Assembly (NCBI RefSeq): GCF_037042905.1
Contig: NC_087263.1
Location: 8,372,001-8,436,000, forward strand
Length of the DNA stretch: 64,000 nucleotides
Direction: 5' to 3'
From: Lytechinus pictus
Lineage: Eukaryota
The notes under the pieces were generated by a model. It saw nothing but the letters and a program-made list of their open reading frames with translations, did not search any database and was not told where the DNA came from. Position numbers and translations under genes: made by a program. Below, piece after piece: positions 54,096 through 64,000 of this stretch; the first letter of the stretch is position 1; every line of letters starts with the position of its first letter.

Positions 54096-57000
54096 ATATA
54101 TATATATATATATATATATATTACATAAATAAATGAAAATACAAAAAAAAATAGAAAAAATTAGAAATAATACGAAAATAAGTAAAAGAATGTAGATGAT
54201 ACAACTACTCCTACCATATAGTTTAGCTAATATTTCTAGGACTGCAGTCGGTAAACTTTTTCTAATTTATATGATCTTTATTCTGCAGTACCTCCACTTC
54301 ATTTGATTGCGATGACGTCAACACCTTTCGGGAGCCCCGGGAACGCTCCAACTTTCTCTTGCGTACTCTCACCGGACAACACACAGAATACCATAACCTA
54401 CATAGAGAGGGTAGTTAGACCAAGCCTCACTCCTGGAGGCTACACACTGAACGTACCGGGCTCGGAGGTAACTCTAAATGGCGGACTAACACAGAACCTA
54501 CCTGATGAAGCGACGGCTGTTGGCGTTTATAAGTGCTCCACTACATCTACAATCACCGGTACTTCAACATCAGCAGATGTGACAATTCTCTCACAAGAAA
54601 GTACGTACGAATATAAAGTACATTAAAAATAGTCTGACATATGACTGAGATAATGAAATAGAAAATCAATCGACATTTCTCCATCCCATCCCGCCATAAA
54701 AATCCTTTTATTCACCAAATACAGAAACAGCTGTCATCAAACGATTATCAGAAATAAAATAAAAAGATGATTTTTAAATTCCAAATATACCACGAATTAA
54801 AGACTTGTCTTTGATCATGGAGACTGCGTTTTCTGCAACGAAATCCTTTCATATAATGATATTACCTGAAATGTGACTTTGAAAAGATGGACAAAATCAT
54901 CATACTGTTTCAAAGATTGTAGTATTTCGGATGTCAAAGTTTTAGATTTGTCATCACATTCTCCTCCTACCAACAATAAATCATTAGGATTTTTTTTTGT
55001 AATTTCAATAATTTGGTTTTTTTTAAGTAAATATTTGAAAAGTAACTTATCTGAAAGAACATTTCTTTTTCGTAATACTGTCAAAAAGTCAAATGTTAAA
55101 GGTTTTATCGGAGTTCCTTTGACATCCTTTATTTCCAAAATGCTCAAAAGTTATACTAAGATTGCACAGTTGTGCACATCTTGTGCCCGAGTGAACACAA
55201 ACTTTAAACTGTGTTTTATGCTTATTTTGTAAAGCATTGAATCTTTTTTCTTAATTCAATCAAGCAGTCGCCGGATTATTGGTGACATTCATTTATATGA
55301 ATTTTCAAGCTCAATAAGAATCTTAAAAATCCCTTATTGACGACATTATGGTGGTTTTGGGTTGGTAGGTGAAATTTGAAAATGCACTTTTTTATCGCCA
55401 CTTACTGAAGGTAGGGTTGGGAGATATATCATATTTGTTTGATGCTATTTAATAATCCATATACGACAAACAAACGTTTCATTTGATCTCTCAAGTTATG
55501 GCCGGTAACATTTGATTTGTTACACTGTAAAAATGAAGTGCTAATTTAGCTCTTACAATGCTTGTATAATGACTGCACTACGAGTGTTGATTTGCTAGAA
55601 AATTTAAACTAGAAAATAAGCACTCGTAGTGCAGTCATTATACAAGCACTGTAAGTGCTAAATTAGCACTTCATTTTCTTACAGTGTATGTTATCAATGT
55701 TTTCTACCAATGGCCAATTGGTTTCTAGGACATTTTCAACCAAGTGACGGTCGCCTCACCAAAACAGTTTATCCCGATGATGACATCACGCTCTCAGTGT
55801 CTACCACTGATAGCTACGCATCAGGGACGGCTGAAATCCGGTGGAGCACATTCTCAAACTTTGCAGAAGGATCTTTATCTCCAACTGGAGATGGAGCTCT
55901 GACCTATACCATTCGTTCAGCATCTAAGAGGAATGCAGATGTCTACGGAACATTCGAAAACAATGCAGTGGACAACCGTCTTTACAGCTTGATTCGCGTC
56001 ATAGTTAGTGGTAAGTTGTTAATTTTGCTCTGTTCATTATTTTTTGTGTGGCAATAGTGCATGAGAAGCTAAGTGCATCTATTAGGAAAATCGCTGCAAC
56101 CACGAATAAATGTTGACAATGTCTCCACACATGCGCACACACCCAACCAAACATCCTCACCCACACACACACATATAGTGTGTGTGTGTATATATATATA
56201 TATAACTTAAAACAGTTAGAAGCAAATGGTATCTCACTTTGATAGTATGTTGTTGTTGTTTTTTTTCAAAGATTTTAATAGTCCGAACATACTTTCCAAC
56301 GCTTATTATTTATAGATTCTTTTCAAAATATCTCATTCTAAAAGCATGAAAATGTGGTGTCTTACCAAAATATAGAAATTAACATTAAATGACATTTTAG
56401 AATTCCGATGCACTTTTAATATATTCGCTGACATAGCTTTGGATAAGAATGACAGTGGTGTAGACTCAAAGATGTACATGTATCATGAGTTTTAGGCTTT
56501 CAGCGGTCTGATGACCGAAAATCTTCATGTTACTTTTCTTGTAGACCACCAACAATGATTATTCGAACTTGTCTTCTACCATTATCCCAGTCATCATAAG
56601 GATGACAAACATAATTAATCATTCAGGATTGTGTTGTATTTGCCATATCTTATGTTTTAATAGAATGTCCCCGTGGCCGATGGAACCTATCGTTATGTGA
56701 TCGTCTGTGTGATAACTGCTACAATGGAGGAATCTGTCATCCTCAATCAGGAACGTGTATCTGTCCTCCAGGATTCATGGGCAAGAACTGTTTAACTGGT
56801 GAGTCGCCATCTCATACTCTGTAAAATTAAATAAGGGATATTATTTCAAAGTTAAAGCAATATCAACATCGCAGTGGAAGATAGAAATGAACACACACGG
56901 ACATTCATGAGTCTCTTGTGAAAAGGAAACAACCAAGACAATCACTACGCAAATTTGGCACTTTGGCACAATCTTACATTTGCTCTGTCGATTGTTTACA

Positions 57001-60000
57001 CTTCTTGGAGAGACGTAAGATTGTTATAAGGTAATTACAATCTAAAAACTATATAGACCTAAAGAAAGAGAGAGAGAAAAGAAAAGCAATTTTAGGAAAT
57101 CTATTTCTTTAGGGCATATTCAGAAACCACAAAACCTAGCTCTCGTTGAATACGGTTGAAATAATAAATTTTAATCGCTCGAACGACGGTTTAAATCATT
57201 CTTTATTGCAGCATGCGGGAAACACCGATTTGGATGGGAATGCGAGATCGAATGTGGTGACGGGAAAGTCTTGGATGCTTGCAGCGGAAGTCAGATCTGC
57301 CTACCCGATCCTTATGGATGCAACTGCCTCTCTGGTTATACAGGAATATACTGCAATAAACGTAAGCTCTGGAGCAATAAGCAATACGAAAATAACGATA
57401 ATTATCTATATTCAGATTAAAGAGCTATTATGAGGTAATACATCGGTGTATCGGGAACGGAATACCCATTAATCAATCCCAATCAACCGTGTCTGTATGA
57501 TATCTAAAAGATTATACATGCATGTATCCAGTTAATTCGCCGAAATTATAATTGTATTATCTACTTCATACAAACGCATCCTGACAGATATAATCACTGT
57601 CAGGTGTCGGAAAACTTTAAATGGTCAAACATACCCTTGATTTTTCAAATTGATATAAAAGTGCAAGGTTTCCACATTTCTAAATAGCTCCAATGTCATC
57701 TTTTGGAATTTTCCCTGTTCAACATGGTTTTATGTTCTTTTTTTAGAACTGAATTTGTAACTCATTATGCCAGGAAAATGTGTAAAAAATAGCAACGGCT
57801 TATCAAGGGAAATTATTCGTCTTGCCCATATGGAAGCATTTGTCATGAATTATCTCTCCTTTATACAATGTACGTTCCTCTCATTGCACTCGTTTAAATT
57901 TACAGAATGTACTCCAGGAAAGTTCGGTGTTGACTGCCTTCAATACTGTCACTGTGCTGGAGGGATACCATGTGATGCTTTCACTGGAAGATGTGAAGGA
58001 AGCTGCGAGGATGGTTGGTCAGGAGAAGGCTGTCAAGGTATGTTCAGTTGGTGGAGACCACTAGCGTATCCAGCATCAGCTATGACAAAGAAATGTATGG
58101 GCCCATGCACAAGCGTATAATAGAGTCACTATTGTCCCCAGACAATTGGGTCCATGAAATGCTTTGTAGGATCTGATGCTGGATTCGCGCCTGGACCGGG
58201 TCCTGTTTCATAATAGTAATGACAGTTTAAAGCTACTGAAACTGTTCAATATGATTTGTTGATAGTTAACTTCTGATAGTAGTTTTTCATTTATTATCAT
58301 ACCAAGTCTTTATGAGCCAGGATTTGCTATTTCTATCTCGTCATTTGACTGCACTGAAATATTTTTCCTTTTGTGTATGATGGTAATGTAGTTTATTGCT
58401 AAAAAGAGGTTTTCTAGGTTTTTACTGTTAAATACAGAATAGTTGCCAGATTTTATGGTCAATATTATCACATATAGACCTAATGGATAAGACTATAGTG
58501 GAAAATATGCTTACCGTCTTTGGGCACTGAAATTATTATTTTATTTGACAGTTGTAGTTGTACCATCGATGCATCCATCGTCATTACACCAGGCTAACAT
58601 CCAACTGATTTCGTCAATATTCGTATTGGGAATGGTGGATTCAGCTATGCAGCTAATAAGCCGTGAAACGAACTATGAGGAGGGCCTATTTTATTCCTGT
58701 CTAAAACTAACCTTTGTAGGTAATCATTTAACAAACAAGCAATGGGATTTTCTTTCAAAGCGCAATGTAGGATGCGCTATATAAAGCACCTTGTTGTCAT
58801 TATTATTATCATCACAGTTCCACCCGTGTGTCCTGTTGGTTACTCTGGAATCAATTGCACGGAGTTCTGTAACTGTCCTGATCTGTCAGAATGCGAGAAG
58901 GATTCTGGGTTATGTACATCATCAGAGGGACAATGTGAGGTTGGGTTTGTCGCTGAAACACCTGAAAAGCCAGACAGATGTGCTACATGTAAGTCATTTC
59001 TACATTATTTTTATGCATGCCTTATTGACAATGCATTATCACGGAGCTATCAAACACAGATAGCTTCATGCATAATATGGTAGAATCTGTAGTCAGCATT
59101 GAATCAGGATAATGCGATTCAAATAGTACCGTCCAGCAGCTGTCTATTCAAGGTGCATTGTACACTCTCCAGCATTAGCTACAACAAATCAAGGGTTCCA
59201 TGAAAGTTACAATTGCTTGGCCAAGTTAGCAAAATGGTAACTTTTTATGAAATGGGGCCCTAGAATGAGTCCGGTACAATTGGGTACTTGGGTGCAGTGG
59301 CTGTGATCCGAATTCCCGACCCTCTGTTTCAAAGGCAAAAATCAAAACATCAGACCTTCTTTCGCATAAGAGAAGACGCGTGTTTCACGATCACAATATA
59401 CAGGGGCGGATCCATGCAGCCTTCGCCAAAAGGGGGGGCGGATTTTTTTAAAGTCATATTTTCCCCGATCGGCCGCTCTAAGTTGATTTTTGTTTCTTTC
59501 TTTGAAGGAGTAGTCCGAATTAATAGTCACTTCATAGCTTTATTCTTATAAATCAACATGAATATATAATAATCTCATAATCCTTATAGCTTATTTAATA
59601 AAGTGTAAATGCGAAGTACAAGCTAAATTTTTTTTTCAAACTTTAGGTATTTTGTCCTAAACATTCTGGTCAATATTTTTAATCCTGAACAAGATGTGTA
59701 TGCAACTAAATAATTACTGCCAGCGCAAAGCGCGAGCAGAAAATTTAAATATACGTTTTGAATTGATCAAAAAGGTACATGTTACTGGACTGCTTTTTTG
59801 ACATTTCTACTTAAAGAATGGAAATTCTAAGCACTTATTGTAATCGTGAACAGGATGGGTATATAACAGAACAATTGATGCGAGCGCAAAGCGTGACAGG
59901 AAAAAATTTGAGATTCAAACCTAAAAACGGGACACTCTATTCATGCTTTTGAAATAATGAAAAGGATGAGTAATTGGGGATCTTCCTACATTGATAATGT

Positions 60001-63000
60001 GAGCGCAAAGCGCAAGCAGAATTTTTTTTTTGTATATTCTAAGCTAAAAGTGGATAATGTTTCAAATATAAAAACAAGCTGTGTATCTGAATAAACATGC
60101 GCGCGCGCGTGTTTCAGATTTTGATCTAGAATATGGGCATTCTAAATACATGTTTCATCATGAAAATCAAAAAAGCGAGCGCGAAGCGCGAGTTAAAAAA
60201 AATTGATATTCCAATATGAAGGAGGGTCTTTTTAAACTCTATGTTTCAAGCACTTTGTAGGAAAATTGTGAGGTAGATATGGATCGCACTTAATAAAGAG
60301 CTGATATTTTACTCTAAGTTTTGACATAGGACTGCAACATTCTAAGGACGTTATGTCATGAAAATGATGAATATTTTCCCATTCCTCTTCCGAAGTGCAA
60401 GATGAAACTTGTCGATTTTCCATTCTGAAAAAGGGACTATTTAATTATCAAATTAATTAATATTAATGGAAAATGTATGTGAATAATTCTAATTGTCTCT
60501 TAATTTTTTTACCATGTATTTTTAATTGATACCCTGTAAAGCATGTGTAATTAAGTTTTTACTGCGATGCATGTCTATTGAATAAACCATAAAATGAATG
60601 AATTTATTCATCTAATAAACCTGATGAGATCGCGAAATCTGTTAATGTTATGGCTTGCGAGCGAAAATTGCTAGCCAAAATTTTGATAAATTGTCATAAA
60701 TTAATATTGAGATGTTTATAGCTCACCAATCAAAATGCGAGCGTGCAGCGCTAACTGATACATTTTGACAATCAGACCTGAATAGGGATATCTTGAGAAC
60801 TTTTATACGGAATATTCGAAAATAATAAGTACCTGACAAATCAAATTTTGCGATATTTTTGAAATTTGATATTCAAACCATAAAACTTTTTAAAGAGCAC
60901 TCTTTACAAACCAATTTGTAAATCATTCAAAATAATGATAGTTCTGTTTCCGAGCTGAAATATGTTTTGTATATCGATCTCTAAACGTAATATTTCAAGC
61001 ACCATATTGAGTCTTCCCCGCGTTTTATTTTATTCACTCATCTTCCTCCTCTTCTTTTGTTTCTCCTTTCTTTTCCCTCCTTTTTTTTCTTTTCTTCCCG
61101 TTTGTTTTTCTTTTTTTGCTCAGCCAATAGGGGCCCCCGGATCCGCCTATGATATAGAATATTGGTGGATCTATTATTTCTCCAACTCCCACAACCTTCA
61201 AAATTACAGGCTGATACAATGCAAATGCAGAAAATCACATTATGAAATTAATAGAACAATATATCGTATTCTGTAGAATTTACAGCATAGACAATTAAGT
61301 ATTTATTATGCTCTTAATTAATCTAGTATTATCATCATCATCATCATTATTGTTAATATAATTATCAGCTACTATGAACTATGCTTACATCTTGTAGTTG
61401 TTGGGTGTTTTGAGTCCTGTTCTAAGACATGCCATTGTGCTGCTACCGTCACGTGTGACGAGTCGGGTTCGTGCACTTCATGTCATCCACGATGGTCGGG
61501 AGGCAATTGCCAAACAGGTAAGAATGGAAGGGCTATTTTAATTTGTTACTTCTAAGAAATGACCACGAATCGCCCGCAGTCAATGATGTTTTATCTTTCC
61601 CTCATCTCAGCCTGATAATATGAAAAGCACAAATAAGTGTACCTTTTAGAGATAAACTCTATCAAAAGAGCAAGTCCTCAAGATTAAACTAGCATAAAAA
61701 AACAATAGTACCAAACTGCTTAACCACATGATAGTCCTTATGAGAACGTCACCGACAGTTTGGTTCGGGAATGAGCAGTAATGACAGTCTCAGTCCCTCA
61801 AATAATTGAAATATATAGATTCCAAAGTTTTTAATCCGCTTGAGTTAGTTAAAGAGTCCACAATATCCCTTTCCTTGATTATGGTTTATGCAAACAACAT
61901 TTTACTTGCAGAATATACTGCATTTTGCATCGCCATTATACAGTTATTGAGACGTAATTGTCATGCACCCCGCATTAAAAAAATATCACTTTTTCTGCTC
62001 CATACTTGTTTTTATGAAGATCGTTTTACCGCTACTAGAGAAAAGACGAATCCAGGCACTGCAATCATTTCATGCACATTCGCTACCAATTCAGACGGTG
62101 GTCTCTCCATGAGAGCTGCTATTGGGGACTTCTCAACTGAAAGCTTCGTTACTGCTTCTACTGACTCAAGCGATGGATCATCGATGCAATCGAACTTTAC
62201 ATTTTCCGTTGATGACATAGAAACTAAAACGATTTACTGTTTCGTTGGGAATTCAACCAGTGACGATGGATTTGCTTATATCAGCTTGCTCCCTCAGGAG
62301 ACATTTGGTAGGTTCTGTATCATTTAAGAATGAACTTTTTTTAAGAATCCTTGCAACGAATATTTACATGTATATACATGATAAAAGTAGTTTTGAGTGT
62401 GATCGACTTTTCTGCGCCACAGTCATGCGAGTGAAATTTGTAGTGAGGAAGGCTATATATTTATAAGATTTTCGGATAAATCATTTTGCATTGGACATTG
62501 TGGAGGATTATCTGTATGTGCTTTGTCCACGAGCCATATATCCACAAACTTCGGTTAAAGAGATATCGACGAATGTTGTTACACATATAGCTATACATTA
62601 AAAGGAATGTGTAATATACGTTGGTATCATGAAATTAATGGAATAGGGTGGGAAAGTTTTAAAGCTGATTAGGACTAAAGCCCAGGGTAATTAGTAATGC
62701 TTTAATGGAAACATAATTCGAGACATTTGACACAGTTTGAAATTAGATTACCCGGGCCAAATTGGGTCTATGGTTCATTCCTGTCCGAAAAATGAAATTT
62801 ATTACATTTATAGCCAAATTATTTCAAATATTTATGTCCATTTCAGTTCTTCCGGTCTTCAACAGCCAGCCTAGGTTAGCGGAGCAAGGTTACAATTATC
62901 TGGTTATTGCATGGGATTCTTGGAACCCTGGCGTTGATGTTGGAGATGGCCCTGTCATCGGTTATAAAGTATACGTTACCTCTTCGGATGGAAACGAAAC

Positions 63001-63275
63001 AGTCACTTTTATTACCGCATCAGGTGTCCCAATAGAGAGGGGATCTTCAAGAAGAAAACGAGAAGATGCACGATGGATGAATTCTCTAAAGGTCGGACCT
63101 CTAGGGAATGTGTCATCAAGGAAGAAGAGACAAGGGGATGCAGGAACACTGATGCACAACGTTACTGGTCTGGATGATGGTCAGTCGTATCTGATTCAGA
63201 TTTCAGCAGTTCGTGATGGTCTGAACGGCGAAGGTGAAAAGGGTCCAGCTCTTAGTGTGACAACTCGAAAAATAG
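26091..63275 (+). CDS. Multi-exon cell-surface receptor: signal peptide, 3 C-type lectin domains, Tie1/2-like ectodomain (Ig, Ig, EGF repeats, Ig, FN3); 3' part beyond the window
   Basis: 19 AG/GT-bounded exons with compatible phases, summing to 3334 nt without an internal stop; Tie-type CLPDPYGC motif. Confidence 0.85.
26516..27270. mobile_element. Truncated nested MITE ends
   Basis: CCCGGGGGCCACTTCC terminus at ~26516; second terminus CAGGCGCGGATCCAGG at ~26712 followed by CTCGCGCTTCGCGCTCGC motifs. Confidence 0.5.
27278..29640 (+). repeat. Satellite array of ~49-bp monomers (~48 copies) with a ~538-bp higher-order repeat
   Basis: Monomer AATATA(A/C)GTCCAAAGTCTTTTTTCCAGACCCGGTTGTTT(A/C)AAAAATTAT; near-identical minus-strand ORFs recur at 27693, 28230 and 28768. 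Confidence 0.95.
29641..32070. mobile_element. Foldback-like element body built on the CCAGACCC core, plus orientation on the left and minus on the right
   Basis: 29670-29730 is inverted to 31800-31862; 29849-29895 is inverted to 32020-32070; ~120-150 bp tandem units with (TAT)n at 31170-31760. Confidence 0.65.
30721..30856. mobile_element. Short MITE
   Basis: GGGGGGCATTTCATGAA ... TTGATGAAATACTCCCC. Confidence 0.6.
32101..32318 (+). repeat. Minisatellite TTATTACATTTGTGGG(TAAAG/CG)
   Basis: About 10 tandem units ending GTGGGTGTAACA. Confidence 0.85.
32572..32730. mobile_element. Short MITE, same family as 49888-50042
   Basis: CAGGGTCCGCGGATCGG ... CCGGTTCTGCGGCCCTTG; shared TTTTGTACACGGTTT core. 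Confidence 0.65.
32883..33037 (+). CDS. Exon 2, CTLD1 N-terminal part
   Basis: ICNTPNWREFGKNQYLF...TWNNAKEYCRSQGGDLAVITSHEQN; AG/GT bounded. Confidence 0.9.
34586..36319 (+). mobile_element. hAT-like MITE with nested MITE (copy 1)
   Basis: TIR CACTGG(T/C)GTAAATCC; perfect 8-bp TSD CAAGAAAT; inner element 34697-35887 with TIR CAGTGGCGTA and TSD TATGTCCA/TATGTTCA. Confidence 0.88.
37704..39180 (-). mobile_element. Same composite MITE, inverted copy 2 with an internal deletion
   Basis: Reverse complement of copy 1; inner element 38136-39070 with perfect TSD TGGACATA; lies in a (GTA)n tract. Confidence 0.88.
39181..39290. repeat. (GTA)n microsatellite (others at ~32430-32560, 37470-37550, 50045-50170)
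   Basis: Direct inspection. Confidence 0.95.
39814..40419. mobile_element. MITE with long imperfect TIRs
   Basis: TAAACTAGGTTCCAAAAGAAACTTATTAAACTTCACAAGCGC... is inverted to ...GCGCTTGTGAAGTTTGATAAGTTTCTTTTGGATCCCAGTTTA. Confidence 0.75.
41341..41453 (+). CDS. Exon 3, CTLD1 middle
   Basis: SFLNTYTLKRPNGYNYWIGLSYKDSDGKYTWVNNTPS; phase 0 to 2. Confidence 0.9.
42413..42537 (+). CDS. Exon 4, CTLD1 C-terminal part
   Basis: FSNLRPQGQQGGCVRLTTSHSGQWEGSNCAEGRVHICQRDS; phase 2 to 1. Confidence 0.85.
43907..44043 (+). CDS. Exon 5, CTLD2 N-terminal part
   Basis: DPRCSWHQYGQSFYRF...SFDSAQTECTNIGGRLAIIRSTEIN. Confidence 0.9.
44438..45050. mobile_element. Tc1/mariner-type MITE
   Basis: TA-CAGTGCGTCCCACAAAAA ... 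TTTTTCTGGGACGCACTG-TA. Confidence 0.85.
45684..45799 (+). CDS. Exon 6, CTLD2 middle
   Basis: TFLESFVTPALPSPHCYWFGLSRSSDSEPFIWNDGNNL. Confidence 0.9.
47004..47164 (+). CDS. Exon 7, CTLD2 C-terminal part
   Basis: DPQWAPEEPSSSTMSIGRSCGCLW...GRWDSRICEDALPYICERPQ. Confidence 0.9.
47461..48452. mobile_element. Tc1/mariner-type MITE inserted in a SINE tail
   Basis: TA-CAGTGCGTATCAAAAAAAAAGTTTACACT ... AGTGTAAACTTCTTTTTTTTAATACGCACTG-TA. Confidence 0.85.
48453..48711 (-). mobile_element. tRNA-derived SINE
   Basis: Minus-strand head GGGGCGTTGTGGTCTAGTGGTTAAGACTCTCG...GGGTTTGATTCCCAGCCA with Pol III A and B boxes, then a non-tRNA body. Confidence 0.8.
48958..49106 (+). CDS. Exon 8, CTLD3 N-terminal part
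   Basis: PLDGKWIEM...QYYFSTFSSNYFNASEYCRQIGGHLAQLKTSTID. Confidence 0.9.
49670..49788 (+). CDS. Exon 9, CTLD3 middle
   Basis: TAVTTQFENMQVYRFFFGLDDLSNENNFRWADGTLLSKT. Confidence 0.9.
49888..50042. mobile_element. Short MITE within a (GTA)n tract
   Basis: CAGGGGCTGCGGAAAC ... GTTCCGTAGCCCTTG. Confidence 0.65.
51012..51145 (+). CDS. Exon 10, CTLD3 C-terminal part
   Basis: YSTWIGSNPDNYAGYEHCVEMNHNGGWNDRYCSDRLRFVCEKPE. Confidence 0.92.
51560..52141. mobile_element. Kolobok-like MITE with TTAA TSD
   Basis: TTAA-AGGGATGGTCCGGGCTGAAA ... TTTCAGCCCGGACCATCCCT-TTAA; long inverted arms. Confidence 0.9.
53300..53811. mobile_element. MITE with 8-bp TSD
   Basis: CCCGGGGGGGCACTC ... GAGTGCCCCCCCCCCCGGG; TSD GGCCGTAG at 53292-53299 and 53812-53819. 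Confidence 0.88.
53961..53994 (+). ncRNA. Minimal hammerhead ribozyme-like motif (inverted copy at 53840-53873)
   Basis: ATC-CTGATGA-A-GGGCA-TG-TGCCC-GAAA-GC-TT-GAT: core boxes, stem II, palindromic AAGCTT in place of stem III, 3-bp stem I. Confidence 0.6.
54289..54600 (+). CDS. Exon 11, Ig-like domain 1
   Basis: PTFSCVL...TAVGVYKCSTT...ADVTIL; phase 1 to 1. Confidence 0.85.
55523..55686. mobile_element. Near-perfect palindromic MITE flanked by TA (related remnant at ~21864-21997)
   Basis: TA-CACTGTAAAAATGAAGTGCTAATTTAGC ... GCTAAATTAGCACTTCATTTTCTTACAGTG-TA. Confidence 0.85.
55729..56010 (+). CDS. Exon 12, Tie-type Ig-like domain 2
   Basis: HFQP...LTKTVYPDDDITLSV...IRW...NADVYG...SLIRVIVS, resembling the Tie second Ig domain ending in RLIV. 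Confidence 0.85.
56664..56798 (+). CDS. Exon 13, EGF-like 1
   Basis: CPRGRWNLSLCDRLCDNCYNGGICHPQSGTCICPPGFMGKNCLT. Confidence 0.93.
57212..57361 (+). CDS. Exon 14, EGF-like 2 (Tie signature)
   Basis: CGKHRFGWECEIEC...CSGSQICLPDPYGCNCLSGYTGIYCNK. Confidence 0.93.
57906..58037 (+). CDS. Exon 15, EGF-like 3
   Basis: CTPGKFGVDCLQYCHCAGGIPCDAFTGRCEGSCEDGWSGEGCQ. Confidence 0.93.
58818..58988 (+). CDS. Exon 16, EGF-like 4
   Basis: CPVGYSGINCTEFCNCPDLSECEKDSGLC...CEVGF...CAT. Confidence 0.88.
59401..61151. mobile_element. hAT-like non-autonomous element with periodic GCGAGCGC(G/A)AAGCGCGAG motifs
   Basis: CAGGGGCGGATCC ... GGATCCGCCTATG termini; TSD not clear. Confidence 0.7.
61398..61517 (+). 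CDS. Exon 17, EGF-like 5
   Basis: GCFESCSKTCHCAATVTCDESGSCTSCHPRWSGGNCQT. Confidence 0.88.
62020..62307 (+). CDS. Exon 18, Ig-like domain 3
   Basis: KTNPGTAIISCTF...SNFTFSV...IYCFV; two Cys at Ig spacing; phase 1 to 1. Confidence 0.8.
62847..63275 (+). CDS. Exon 19, fibronectin type III domain with a basic-site loop
   Basis: LPVFNSQP...LVIAWDSW...GDGPVIGYKVY...VTGLDDGQSYLIQISAVR...GEG. Confidence 0.9.
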
Positions 63276-63418
63276 GTAAGATTTCCCTCAGTTCGATCTA
63301 GTGCATTTGCCATGGACTTGACGTACGAAGACAAAACTCGTTGTGTTGCGATTTCTATTAATATGGTGTGCATCACCATATGAGGGGATATGCATTCAAA
63401 GCCAAAGTGAGACATTAA

Positions 63419-63995
63419 AGGGATGGTCCGGGCTGAAAGTATTTATAGCTTAATAAATAGAGTAGAATTCACTGAGCAAAATGCCGAAAATTTCATCAAA
63501 ATCGGATAACAAATAACAAAGTTATTGAATTTTAAAGTTTAGCAATATTTTGTGAAAACAGTTGTCATGAATATTCATTAGGTGGGCTGATGATGTCACA
63601 TCCCCACTTGTTCTTTTGTATTTTATTATATGAAATTAGGTTTATTCAAATTTTTTCCTCCAAGAGCTAGAAAAATTGGATTGACAACTGATTTAGTGCG
63701 TTAGATATTTATTGCTCCAACTTATTTCATTATAAGGGAGACGTATTATTCACACAAGTATGAAATAATGAAAAAAATATGATTTGATGTAATAAGGAAA
63801 CGGAAAGTGGAGATGTGACATCATCAGCCCACCTAATGAATATTCATGACGACTGTTTGCACAAAATATTGCTAAACTTTAAACTTCAATAACTTTATTA
63901 TTTGTTATCCGATTTTGAAGAAATTTTCGGCATTTTGCTCAGTGAGTTCTACTCTATGTATTAAGATATAAATATTTTCAGCCCGGACCACCCCT
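63419..63995. mobile_element. Kolobok-like MITE with TTAA TSD, same family as 51560-52141 in opposite internal orientation
   Basis: TTAA-AGGGATGGTCCGGGCTGAAA ... TTTCAGCCCGGACCACCCCT-TTAA. Confidence 0.9.
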
Positions 63996-64000
63996 TTAAT

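Noticed and set aside
53142..54136. Overlapping 100-145 aa ORFs
   Set aside because: Lie in the MITE, palindrome and (TA)n; mirror-image translations
26091..63275. Assigning the symbol TEK/TIE1
   Set aside because: Architecture differs and the catalytic domain is not visible, so orthology cannot be shown

Overview
AT-rich, repeat-dense animal genomic DNA; an echinoderm/sea-urchin origin is inferred from repeat style and gene type. Left third: a minus-strand CR1/L2-group LINE (ORF1 ~19609-18294; PHD-APE-RT ORF2 7201-4078; (TACTA)n tail at 3366) is split by a near-intact plus-strand L1/Tx1-clade LINE (~7742-17826), and its ORF1 is interrupted by a TTAA MITE. The L1/Tx1 element has an unusually long ~4.6 kb inter-ORF spacer holding three diverged units of conserved, covarying hairpins; this is the best candidate for an undescribed system here. 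Right two-thirds: a plus-strand gene with 19 phase-compatible exons visible (26091 to >63275, about 1111 codons, continuing past the window) encoding signal peptide, 3 C-type lectin domains and a Tie1/2-type ectodomain (Ig-Ig-EGF repeats-Ig-FN3 with a twin furin-like site). Its introns hold a 49-bp satellite with a ~538-bp higher-order repeat, nested MITEs, a tRNA-derived SINE and a palindromic Penelope-like remnant with two hammerhead-like motifs. All calls were made by eye without database searches.
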